A DNA stretch of 64,000 bases, taken from assembly GCA_016844955.1 (NCBI GenBank), contig JAERTH010000058.1:279-64278 (forward strand), in the 5' to 3' direction. The position numbers were made by a program, and so were the translations under genes. Source of the DNA: Fidelibacterota bacterium (GTDB lineage: Bacteria; Fidelibacterota; UBA8477; JABMPR01). The notes under the pieces were generated by a model. That model was not told where the DNA came from and did no database searches. It was given only the letters and a program-made list of their open reading frames with translations. How positions within the stretch are numbered: position 1 is the first letter of the stretch; each line of letters starts with the position of its first letter. Shown here piece by piece: positions 38,290 through 47,743 of the stretch.

Positions 38290-38421
38290 AACTGCTCCTC
38301 TATACTGATTGCGAATGAGTTTAAGTATTTTTCCACGTAAATCAAGACCGCAGAGATGCTGGTGAAACCTTTTATTGACGTAATCTGGTGAAACTTGAAA
38401 TTGGAAACTTGAAAAGAACCG

Positions 38422-39015
38422 CTACTTCAAAATCAGGGCATGCCTGGCCAATAACTGCTGCATTTTTGAATTGAAATCTGCCAGTGGCAGACCTACCACA
38501 TTGTAGAAACAGCCTTCGATATGGTCTACAAAAATGCTGGAATAGTCCTGGATCCCATAACCCCCGGCCTTGTCAAAAGGAGATCCAGAGGCTATATATT
38601 TGCCAATCTCATGAGCTTTAAGGGTTTTGAAGTGCACCCTGGTGGATACATAGTGATCTTCATTAATATCCAAATCAGCTACTTGTAGAGTATAGGCGGT
38701 AATAACTTCATGAAACTGCCCTGAGAGTAAATTGAGCATCTCACGGGCAGAGGCTTCGTCACTGGGCTTCCCCAGTACTTCATTTCCAATGACCACGATG
38801 GTATCAGCACCTAAAATCAATGACTGTGGATAAAGTTTGGCTATCTCTGTGGCTTTCAGGCTGGCCAATTCCATAGCATAAGGGGCAGGACTTGAGCCTG
38901 TGAAAGCAGGTTCGTGCACATGGCTTGGTTGGGTCTTGAATGTATACCCTATTTGTTTCAGGAGTGCTTGTCGCCTGGGCGATGCACTGGCTAGAATGAA
39001 ATCAATGGTTTTCAC
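38422..39015 (-). CDS. maf: Maf-family nucleoside triphosphate pyrophosphatase
   Basis: 197 aa with ILASASPRRQALLKQIG and GGYGIQD. GTG start overlaps the upstream stop by 1 nt. Confidence 0.9.
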   Translation of the reverse strand: MKTIDFILASASPRRQALLKQIGYTFKTQPSHVHEPAFTGSSPAPYAMELASLKATEIAKLYPQSLILGADTIVVIGNEVLGKPSDEASAREMLNLLSGQFHEVITAYTLQVADLDINEDHYVSTRVHFKTLKAHEIGKYIASGSPFDKAGGYGIQDYSSIFVDHIEGCFYNVVGLPLADFNSKMQQLLARHALILK

Positions 39016-42000
39016 TAGCGGGCAATCACCAACTTCTGGAGACTCTGTGCGGGTTCGCCATAGTCATTATTATCGGCTTCAATAACCACAATATACACGC
39101 CATTGGCAAGTTGGTTTCCAGCGCTATCATGACCATCCCAGGGGAAGGAATTAAAACCCTGGTTCAGATATCCCAGCGAGCCTTTGGAGATTTTGCGGCC
39201 AGATAGCGTGTATATTGCAAAATCAATGTCTGCCTGGTGAGAAAGCATGAAGGTAATTTCAGTCTCATTCGCCATAGGGTTGGGGTAATTAAACAAATCG
39301 TATATTCGGAAGTCATTGGCGGCAAAAAACTCCAGCCTCACACTGGCTTCATTGGGATTATTTTGACTGTCCCAGGCCTTTACCGTAATCAAGTGCTCAC
39401 CTGGTGTAATTTCAGTCAGAAATGCTGAGAGACGCCCCCGATCAGAGTGATCCAGATCGTATTCGAACAGCTCGGTCACGTCGTAAGCATTGTCCCAGTC
39501 TTCATCAATAGCCAGTGTGATTCCGTGACCGGCGGCACCGGTGAGATTGATGCCCTGGTCATCCCTGAGTTCTACCTCAAGGGGCTCATTGGCTGAAAAA
39601 TGATCACCATTGAGCAAAACCATATTGTCAGAAATAAATAGAATTTCAGGACCAGTATCATCCAGAGCGGTTGAATCTGTACCCATAAAATTTAATGTGT
39701 CTAAATAAATGCTGCCATCCAGACCGGTTTCATCCCAGTATTGGACTCTCAGGACTCCACCTCTACCAGCATACTTGATATCCTTCGGAAGTGTAAAGCC
39801 ACCAGAGAAATCGCGATCATTCACTGATATCAACCCTCTAAAAAGCCTTTTTCCTGGTAATACATAGGATATGTGGCCAGTATTGCCGCTTGAGCTGATG
39901 TAGAAAGCCCGGGTTACCGGGGTAGGTGTGTCGTAGACAGTCACGGCTGCTCGAGCATTATCGGCCAAGACAGTATCCGTTTTCCCAGAGTAACTTACAT
40001 TGCCCATAGCCATAAAAACTGAGGGTGTCAGGGTCTCAATTTTGCCCTTGAGATTGGGGGAGGCTAGACGGAGTGCTGGGTCGGAGAACAGGACATATTT
40101 TTCATTATTCGTATCCGAACCAGCCGCAACATTTTTGGCCAGCATTGCAGCGTCACCCACGCGGATACTGCGACCAGCTTCATCATCGGGGAATAAATAG
40201 TTATAGAATTGCGAGATGAGAAATTCGTTGGAATCGCCATAGGTCTTACGGGTTGTGGAAAAGATGCCAACAGCTCCATTACTCTCCATCAACATTAATT
40301 CTTCAGGTACGCAGACAGTATTGACGTCATCGTATTTGGCCCAATCACAGGTCCCCGCAACCCAGAATGGCAGTCTCAATCCAGTCTTTACCTGACTGAG
40401 ATCAGAGGAGGTGAACACTTCTTCCTGTGCCCATACATGGGGAGAACCGTGTCCCAGATAATTGATGAGCAATGTCCCATCATAGAGTTTCTGCAAAAAG
40501 GCATCTCTGGCTTTAGGCTTTTTTATGTATGGAGAATTGGGGTCCTGAACTTCAGGATACTCAGTAAGATAGACTTTATTCACGTGCATGGTGTTGGGCA
40601 GGATAGAAGCCAGGCCTTCTGTGTCATGGATGTGATAATACTCCACAAACTTGGTGGGGCGCAATGGATCATCAGCAACCAGAGTGACTGTATTGCTCCA
40701 GATTCCTGGTTCTGGTGTGAGTTCATAATTGATGATTTTATCGACCATGATTTCAAGTTGATCGGATGACTGAGCTGGTAATCTACCGATGGCCAAATCA
40801 GGCAGGGCATCATGGATACCCGAAGCTATGAAAGTATACCTATCATCAGTCGGATACGAGCTTACGTCATTGGTACCATCCTTCTGATAGGTTGGGATAA
40901 GCATTTTGCTCTGTCCAGTAATATTCCGGAAGTCATAATCAGTATCACCCAGAAACAGGACATATCTCAACTGCGGGGTTTGCCAGGAGAAGTATACATA
41001 ATGTAAAAAGTGCTTTATGGCTGCAGGATCCTGTGTACCAGCGGAGAATTCATTGTAGATATCATCGATGAGAACGATCTCTACATTGAGTTGATCCTCA
41101 ACTGCAACCTGGGACTCTCTCAAGGTTTTGATCCGCTGAGCTTGCTCCAGGAAAACTTCGGGGGTGATGATAATATAATCAGCCTGCATATCAGCGGTTC
41201 TGATCTGGGAGGCTCCCAGATTGTTTGCCACCAGTTCCAGAGTGACCTCTTGTACCTGATGGGGAGAGAATCCAATGATTTCCCGATTTCCTTCTTTGGC
41301 AATCAGAAACTGGTTATTGTCAATTTGCCATTCGGCCACTGCCGTCTGATCACTGATATCCCACACGGTGAAGTCGTCAGGAATATCTGTGAAAACGAGT
41401 CGATTTATGGCATCAGGGAGTTGAACCGTCCCCAATAGGTAGTCTGCAGAGGGCGCAAGTTGACGGCTATAGGTGAGCCGCAGGCTATCCAGGTAGATAA
41501 TGGAGGCATTTGAACTGCTGGAGTAGTTAAGCGTGAGTGTATTGTTGCCATCTTGCATCATATTTTCACCAGCAGTGCCAGTGAGGATAATCTTTTTATA
41601 GGCTGCAGTATTGTTCTGGTACACGTTGAAGGGCAGTCCATTGAGCTCTACATCTAACCGGTGTAGGTGACCACCAGCGTCATAATCAACCACCAGGTAA
41701 GTGCTCAGGTTGATTTCCGAGGTAAAATCAAGATAGTCATCGTTAAAAACCAAAGAAAATTGATCCGCATTGCCATTCAGCTTTTCACCCACCCAACTCA
41801 CTCCTGAATGAAGTTGGTTGTGCAGTTCATTTTCATGCAGAAATCGTTTCTCATAGCTTGCGATGGTATGGGTTGCTGGTCCCTGTTCAGAGGAGGTCAG
41901 TGGTGTGACCAAACGGGTGGTCGTGGAGCCACCTTCAGGAATACAAAGCCAATAGTAGCGTTGTGTGCCATAGGAATGTGTAAAACTGCTCCCCTTGAAA

Positions 42001-42887
42001 TCTCCATTTAGCGCATAAGCAAAGAAGCTGATTTCATCATCATCGCTAAACTGGTTGTCCTGGATACCTTTGGTGCTAATGCTGATGGCCACCAGATTAT
42101 CAGGAGTAGGGGCAGTACTCAGGCTAAAGGGGAGGGATCGACCCTCATAGTAAGGTGCATAGACCTGCCAATTCAACGGTGAAGACTCAGGCACACTGCC
42201 ACCAAAGCTTGAGGCAGTAATTTTATAAACACCAGTGGTATTGATGGGAATTTTGTACCACTGACCCTGTGGCAGGGTGGTAGCGGTTTTATTTAATCGG
42301 CCTGGACGTGCCTGAGACCAATTGCCAGCCATATGAGCGTTGAGAAAGGAGTTTACCAACTCTCCATCGGCGGTGGCCTGGTGCCCCACAGATGATGTGA
42401 ATACCAATCGAAAAGTCATGCTCTGTAAGCGCTGCCCTGAGACTGCGTAAGGAAAAATCCTTATCCGAGCAGTCTTAATGGATCTGAAGTTCTCGGCAGT
42501 TGCCAGATCAATCCAGGCAGTGGAATTAATCTCAGGTAAAGGGGTGCCCCTCTCTATATCTTCGGCAGTAATCCGCATGTCACTCAAGCGACGATCGGGC
42601 TGAGATTCAGTGCTTAACACCTGAAGAGCAGGGTGGTTACCTGAAGGTGGCAGGAGAATGGGGGTAGAAAAAACAGATACGATTGATTCAGCTACAGGGT
42701 CGTATGCCAGTGTGGCATCCCACCAACGAGGAATTTCCACAATGCGTTCACCCATCTCTTTGACCAGTGTGGTTGGCTCAGGAATATCCAACCTGATGGT
42801 GACACTGTTTTTATCCCGGTCAATTACATTAAAGTCTAGACCAAATAGGCTGGAGGCTAAAAGAATGAGTATTATGTATTTATTCAT
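39015..42887 (-). CDS. C25 (gingipain-family) cysteine peptidase with T9SS-type C-terminal domain; PorU-like
   Basis: 1290 aa. Signal peptide MNKYIILILLASSLFG. Putative His/Cys dyad contexts NYLGHGSPHVW and FWVAGTCDWAKY. The C-terminal ~85 aa (YPNPMANETEITF...NGVYIVVIEA...KLVIAR) resemble the FlgD-Ig / type A sorting domain. Confidence 0.7.
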   Translation of the reverse strand: MNKYIILILLASSLFGLDFNVIDRDKNSVTIRLDIPEPTTLVKEMGERIVEIPRWWDATLAYDPVAESIVSVFSTPILLPPSGNHPALQVLSTESQPDRRLSDMRITAEDIERGTPLPEINSTAWIDLATAENFRSIKTARIRIFPYAVSGQRLQSMTFRLVFTSSVGHQATADGELVNSFLNAHMAGNWSQARPGRLNKTATTLPQGQWYKIPINTTGVYKITASSFGGSVPESSPLNWQVYAPYYEGRSLPFSLSTAPTPDNLVAISISTKGIQDNQFSDDDEISFFAYALNGDFKGSSFTHSYGTQRYYWLCIPEGGSTTTRLVTPLTSSEQGPATHTIASYEKRFLHENELHNQLHSGVSWVGEKLNGNADQFSLVFNDDYLDFTSEINLSTYLVVDYDAGGHLHRLDVELNGLPFNVYQNNTAAYKKIILTGTAGENMMQDGNNTLTLNYSSSSNASIIYLDSLRLTYSRQLAPSADYLLGTVQLPDAINRLVFTDIPDDFTVWDISDQTAVAEWQIDNNQFLIAKEGNREIIGFSPHQVQEVTLELVANNLGASQIRTADMQADYIIITPEVFLEQAQRIKTLRESQVAVEDQLNVEIVLIDDIYNEFSAGTQDPAAIKHFLHYVYFSWQTPQLRYVLFLGDTDYDFRNITGQSKMLIPTYQKDGTNDVSSYPTDDRYTFIASGIHDALPDLAIGRLPAQSSDQLEIMVDKIINYELTPEPGIWSNTVTLVADDPLRPTKFVEYYHIHDTEGLASILPNTMHVNKVYLTEYPEVQDPNSPYIKKPKARDAFLQKLYDGTLLINYLGHGSPHVWAQEEVFTSSDLSQVKTGLRLPFWVAGTCDWAKYDDVNTVCVPEELMLMESNGAVGIFSTTRKTYGDSNEFLISQFYNYLFPDDEAGRSIRVGDAAMLAKNVAAGSDTNNEKYVLFSDPALRLASPNLKGKIETLTPSVFMAMGNVSYSGKTDTVLADNARAAVTVYDTPTPVTRAFYISSSGNTGHISYVLPGKRLFRGLISVNDRDFSGGFTLPKDIKYAGRGGVLRVQYWDETGLDGSIYLDTLNFMGTDSTALDDTGPEILFISDNMVLLNGDHFSANEPLEVELRDDQGINLTGAAGHGITLAIDEDWDNAYDVTELFEYDLDHSDRGRLSAFLTEITPGEHLITVKAWDSQNNPNEASVRLEFFAANDFRIYDLFNYPNPMANETEITFMLSHQADIDFAIYTLSGRKISKGSLGYLNQGFNSFPWDGHDSAGNQLANGVYIVVIEADNNDYGEPAQSLQKLVIAR

Positions 42888-43136
42888 GAGTTCCTAAACG
42901 AAATTCCCTGGGGATTGTTCCTAATTTCATAAGCGCAATTATAAATGAATTGTTGATTCAGAAAAGCGAATAGTGACATCTTTATAATTGAAATTTAGTA
43001 ACAAATATAAAAAGAAATCAAAAAGAATAGGGACTAGTCCTAGAATCAAATACTTTGGGATGATTATTGCAAACATGCGGGATGTTATAAAACACATTAA
43101 AACATTTAAAACTGACAAAAGAGAATCTTTATTATT

Positions 43137-45710
43137 ATGAAAATTCGGTTATTACTATTGAGCCTCCTTATGAGCACATTGCTCATAGGTCAATCTGTCT
43201 CTGATTATCTCGTCTTACCAATCACTGGAAAGAGCTATTTACCAGGGAAGAACAACTTTTCCATCGATATGAGTTTCAAATTGGGTCAGTTTTCAGAACA
43301 ATTCGACTATTCTGGTGATCGAGAAAGCATTCTTGCGCTCTCTGGCGTTACTGACTTGAGCTTCTCTCAGCTTGATTTGCTCACCACACTGGCCTATGGT
43401 TTCTCCAACAAGTCAGGGTTGCGGGTGTTACTACCATATCGAATGAACTCATCGCTGGATTATACAGTCAGTGCCATGGGATTTGAAAATGATGTCTCCA
43501 TACCTGGGATCACGGGTCTTGGGGATGTGAAAGTTGGTCTGTGGCATTTGTATAAACAGGACCAGCGGGAAAGCTCATTCATCTACACGTGGTTTACCCT
43601 GCCAACAGGGAAATCTGAAAGTGATCTCAACGATGAGGAACATAGTCCCACAGGTGATGGTATCTACTCACTGACTGCGGGATGGGGAAGTGATTATCTT
43701 GTTAACAATCCATTGGGTCTGTTGGTTTCTCCCCATTTTGACTATACCATTCATAGTAAAAGCGACGTTTATCAGGGGAGTGATACACTAAGTCAGGAGA
43801 ACGGTGGACTGTTTTCGTTGGAACTTCCACTTTCTGCAACCCCAATATCCCTGAACTTTTCCGGTGGCTTACTAGAATTAGGGCTGGGTGTAGCATACGC
43901 ATACAACTGGAAGGGATCCACTGTTGTAGATGATGAAGTTCTGGAGAATACCGATGCATCGCAGCACTTTCTAAATTTGGGCTTGGGTTTTGCCTACCGG
44001 AAAGCCGGTTTAGGTAACATTTTTCTCAACTTCAAGAAACCCCTGGTTGTAGGTGGTTATAACCAGGTGATTCCTGAGGAATGGGGTATTGAATTACGAT
44101 ATCAACCCCGATCAACTCCAAAATCCACGAAACTACAAAGACGAAAGTCATCTGGTGCCGTTGAACAAGGCAAAAAACCACGAATTATCAGACCGTCCAT
44201 TTTGGATGAAAAAAAATCCAAAGGGTTAGGCTCCAAGAAAGAAACCTGGGCCGCCAGGAGCTCCAAAAACCGTCCTGAGAAGGAAAAAGCCCCCGCTTAC
44301 GATCCTGAAAAGACGAAAAATTCTCGGCTGGTGAATGTTAGTGATCCCAATGAAAAGTATGAAGACTTCGCTCGGAGCTATGTGACCGAGGGAAAAGCTA
44401 TCGAGCCGGTTTCAACTCGCGAGGTCAAGGTAGAGCGAACACCTACCGCAGCAACAGAGAACCAAACACCAGCTACTGGAGAACAGGCAGGCATTCAAGA
44501 AGCTGCTTTGGATGATTCAGAGGCTCTGTCAACACCCTCAATGGTGTCTGAACCTGCAGCGCCAGCCGAACCGGAGGGGCCGTATACCACCATTTCAGGT
44601 GCTCCAGATTTTGACTATAGTGCCTATGGGGAGCTTCCACGATACAAAAATACAGATTTAAATGGTGCTCCACGAAAACCAAAATTGATCTATGATAAAT
44701 GGCATGGTCCAAAAGTTTTGCCCAAAAATTTGCTCGCGGAAAAGATCAATGCCAAATTCGCCGCCTATGATTCCACAGCCTCGGGTCTGGCTATTGCAGC
44801 GATTGGCGGGTTTACTCATATACCACAGAAACGTAAATTTAAATTCAGTCTTGATATCAGACCGGGGATGGCTGTATTCGGGCCTGTAGATGGATTAAGA
44901 CAATACGCCAGACTTGACCTGAGTTACGGGATCTTTAGTAAGCTAATTGTTCAGGCATATTCTCAGACAGATACCCTGAGTTTTACACCCGACGATACTC
45001 TGGCAAATGCTTCCGGCTTGGCTTACGAAGATATACGATTCGGAATCGGTGGTAAATTTCTTCTGCTGAATAACGATAAGCTCAGAGTGGTTCCTGGTCT
45101 TTTTTATGCGTTGCGAATGACAGAGGATATGAAGCCTGAATTCAACCTGTTCCCTCATCGCCAGGTCAAACCTGAACTCGCGGTGGATTTTACTCCACGA
45201 CCCAAGTTTTTACTTTCCACCAACATTTCTTACGGCATTACGCTTGCAGAGGAAGTTGAGCAAATCTTCTCGTACGACTTCCCGGGTATTGGATCTTTTG
45301 ACACAACAATCACTACTGATGTGCAGGTAGGCAATACGTTTCAGTCTGATATACGGGCTACCTACTTGCTTAGCCCTATAGATACAAGAAGTCGGGTGAT
45401 GGGGATAATCTCTCCCAATATTGGAATTGATTTCATCTTTAAACACGTCGGTTCATCCTCCTTCATGGGTGAGGACCTGGAAGGGTCTGCGGGTCACACA
45501 CTTTCCGTTGTTCCCCTCATCGGATTAAGAAGTATTGGAACGGGATCTGTTAGTCTAAACTTCAGCCTGGGGGCACAGATTCCTCTTAGCCAGGATGGGG
45601 GTTTCCCGGAGGTGACTGGAATTGTAATGGGCCTGAAATACAGGGGTTCATTTCTGAATGTTCTTAAGAAACTTTCTCGGAATGTATCAGACGATGAACA
45701 CACCTATTAG
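43137..45710 (+). CDS. Outer-membrane protein candidate with two beta-rich halves joined by a long disordered linker
   Basis: 857 aa. Signal peptide MKIRLLLLSLLMSTLLIGQ. The N-half has alternating-hydrophobicity strands and a GLGDVKVG motif recalling the MetA-pathway/transporter-type barrels. A K/P/E/S-rich segment runs from about 44110 to 44740. The C-half is again beta-strand-like. The terminal residue is Tyr. Confidence 0.45.
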   Translation: MKIRLLLLSLLMSTLLIGQSVSDYLVLPITGKSYLPGKNNFSIDMSFKLGQFSEQFDYSGDRESILALSGVTDLSFSQLDLLTTLAYGFSNKSGLRVLLPYRMNSSLDYTVSAMGFENDVSIPGITGLGDVKVGLWHLYKQDQRESSFIYTWFTLPTGKSESDLNDEEHSPTGDGIYSLTAGWGSDYLVNNPLGLLVSPHFDYTIHSKSDVYQGSDTLSQENGGLFSLELPLSATPISLNFSGGLLELGLGVAYAYNWKGSTVVDDEVLENTDASQHFLNLGLGFAYRKAGLGNIFLNFKKPLVVGGYNQVIPEEWGIELRYQPRSTPKSTKLQRRKSSGAVEQGKKPRIIRPSILDEKKSKGLGSKKETWAARSSKNRPEKEKAPAYDPEKTKNSRLVNVSDPNEKYEDFARSYVTEGKAIEPVSTREVKVERTPTAATENQTPATGEQAGIQEAALDDSEALSTPSMVSEPAAPAEPEGPYTTISGAPDFDYSAYGELPRYKNTDLNGAPRKPKLIYDKWHGPKVLPKNLLAEKINAKFAAYDSTASGLAIAAIGGFTHIPQKRKFKFSLDIRPGMAVFGPVDGLRQYARLDLSYGIFSKLIVQAYSQTDTLSFTPDDTLANASGLAYEDIRFGIGGKFLLLNNDKLRVVPGLFYALRMTEDMKPEFNLFPHRQVKPELAVDFTPRPKFLLSTNISYGITLAEEVEQIFSYDFPGIGSFDTTITTDVQVGNTFQSDIRATYLLSPIDTRSRVMGIISPNIGIDFIFKHVGSSSFMGEDLEGSAGHTLSVVPLIGLRSIGTGSVSLNFSLGAQIPLSQDGGFPEVTGIVMGLKYRGSFLNVLKKLSRNVSDDEHTY

Positions 45711-45728
45711 ATCACAGGATATTCAGAT

Positions 45729-46328
45729 ATGAAAAATAGTGAAGCAATTATGATGAGAAGAAAAAGTCGGTTGATCATTTTAAATCTGGTACTATTCATT
45801 TTGTTTAGTGCCTGCGTACCTCTGGTTCAGCAAGATTTGATTCTGAATGATGCAAAATCAGGTTTTAAAGGGGGCGCAATAAAATATGAGCTAGATCCAC
45901 TCAATGTAGCTTCAATTGATAGAGGAACAAATCGAGGGGAATTACACACGGAATTTGGAGCGCCAAAACACAGCTATATTGTTGAAAACAAATCTCTTGA
46001 ATATCTTGTGGAAGTATATCCCATTCTTTTAAGAATAGATAAGAGAATAGTTTCTGGTTCTGAGGGCTCATATACGGAATATGTATATGTTTACGGTCCT
46101 TTTTACTTCATCTATTTTAATGACCATTTATGGGTGTGGGGCAATGATGAGGAAATCATGAAAAATAACGATCCCGCTCTTCAGCAAATCATTAAAACAG
46201 TCACAAAGGGCTATGTTGGTGAGGAACTAAAAGTCAGGAAAAAATTAATAAAATCGCAAAGCCTGATGATTGGAATTCCACTTGGTCTATTCTTGTTGGT
46301 TGCAACTTACGCAATCCTGAGCTCATAA
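45729..46328 (+). CDS. Hypothetical lipoprotein-like protein with one BamE/SmpA-like unit and a C-terminal TM
   Basis: 199 aa. N-terminal LFILFSAC and C-terminal IGIPLGLFLLVATYAILSS. Unit pattern G-x-x-R-G-E-L...FGAP ... FIYFNDHLWVWG. Confidence 0.4.
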   Translation: MKNSEAIMMRRKSRLIILNLVLFILFSACVPLVQQDLILNDAKSGFKGGAIKYELDPLNVASIDRGTNRGELHTEFGAPKHSYIVENKSLEYLVEVYPILLRIDKRIVSGSEGSYTEYVYVYGPFYFIYFNDHLWVWGNDEEIMKNNDPALQQIIKTVTKGYVGEELKVRKKLIKSQSLMIGIPLGLFLLVATYAILSS

Positions 46329-46340
46329 AGGAAACTGCAA

Positions 46341-47039
46341 ATGAAAAATAAATTTTATCTGTTACTGCTTGTATTGATTTTTGTGGTTACATCTGCTTTT
46401 GGTCAGAAAGGGGTCAAGAGAGAACATCCAGCTCACTATGGGATGGATATTGCAGAATTCGTCGCCTGGCACAAAGCTCCTGAATCTATACTCGAGTTCA
46501 AATTTGGTCCCAATATGGACAAAATGACGATCCACATCCTTGAAATCAAAAACCGACTCAAGTTTTATTCATTCAAAAACAACAAGCTGGATTACTGGGG
46601 GCACCTGGAAGAATATGCCCAGTCTGATAAAAGAGACCTGGTAGCACTTGCAGGGGAAATAAGACCCCGGATGGCCGAGTTGCTAGATGACAAAGCTCAG
46701 AAAAAGTTATTCAAAAAATTCAGTGATATTGATCTGCTCTATCCAGGATTCACCCCAGCCCAGGTTGCCGATATTATTGATCGAGAGGAAAAATTGTCAG
46801 GTGAGTTGTCCATCCTTAATGGTGCCACAGAGACCGAGTATTCTTACCGTGTTTATGTAGCAAAACGAAATACTTACGGTGTACCCTATCTCATTGTATT
46901 CGAGAATGATGCCCTCAAATACTGGGGCTATTTTGAGGATTTTAACAAATCTTTCGATTTAACCAAAAACCGAATTAATCATGAACTTCGAAGTGATGTA
47001 TACGATATAATCGTTGAAGAGTTAATGAGCAGAAACTAG
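46341..47039 (+). CDS. Hypothetical secreted protein with two BamE/SmpA-like units (paralogous to the preceding gene)
   Basis: 232 aa with a signal peptide. Contains two units: GMDIAEFVAWHKAP...FKNNKLDYWGHLEEY and GFTPAQVADIIDRE...FENDALKYWGYFEDF. Confidence 0.4.
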   Translation: MKNKFYLLLLVLIFVVTSAFGQKGVKREHPAHYGMDIAEFVAWHKAPESILEFKFGPNMDKMTIHILEIKNRLKFYSFKNNKLDYWGHLEEYAQSDKRDLVALAGEIRPRMAELLDDKAQKKLFKKFSDIDLLYPGFTPAQVADIIDREEKLSGELSILNGATETEYSYRVYVAKRNTYGVPYLIVFENDALKYWGYFEDFNKSFDLTKNRINHELRSDVYDIIVEELMSRN

Positions 47040-47743
47040 AGTGTGTTCACCAGCGAAGCACCAATGTAAATCTCAACCCGACGATTGAGTTCACGGCCGG
47101 TCTGGGTGTTGTTATCCCCGATGGGTTGAAATTCTCCAAAACCACCAATGGCAAAAACGGCCGGGGGTAACCCTGTTCGTTCCTGCAATTGTTTCATGAT
47201 GGCCTGGGCTCGGGCGGCACTTAGCTCCCAATTGTCCCGGTACAGGGCATTCCTGGTCAGACGCATGTTGTCGGTGTGACCCTCAATACGAATCTCCACC
47301 TGCCATTGAAATCCAGAGTTTTCCAGCTCATTTAAAAAGTTGGCGTGTTCCGTTTGTTTTAGCCTGAAAATGTTCAAGTTCTGGATGGAGGTGGCTACCT
47401 CATCAAGCTGATACAGATGAGAGCGACGTGGTTGAGCAGATGCCACTTCGAAAAGACGTGGGTCATTCAGGGTAATCTGTACACCCTTTGAATTTCTGCT
47501 CACAGAAATTTCTTCAATGCCGGCACCGTCAATGGCTCCCTGCACCTCGATTGCAGCCTCATCCAATCTATCATTAACCCAGGCATGAACTTTATTAATT
47601 TGTCCGGCGCGGACGGTGATCATCATAATGAAAAAACAGATCAGCAGGGTAACTGTATCCCCATAGGATAACACCCAACTGGAGCGGGCTTTCGCTGCAA
47701 TGATATGTATTCGTTTAGCTTTTAATACCATTTTCCAACTCAA
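47036..47743 (-). CDS. MotB/OmpA-family stator B subunit, copy 2
   Basis: 235 aa. TM with conserved Asp (SWVLSYGDTVTLLICFFIMMI). OmpA-like peptidoglycan-binding domain (GHTDN...NWELSAARA...NRRVEIY). Confidence 0.75.
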   Translation of the reverse strand: MSWKMVLKAKRIHIIAAKARSSWVLSYGDTVTLLICFFIMMITVRAGQINKVHAWVNDRLDEAAIEVQGAIDGAGIEEISVSRNSKGVQITLNDPRLFEVASAQPRRSHLYQLDEVATSIQNLNIFRLKQTEHANFLNELENSGFQWQVEIRIEGHTDNMRLTRNALYRDNWELSAARAQAIMKQLQERTGLPPAVFAIGGFGEFQPIGDNNTQTGRELNRRVEIYIGASLVNTL

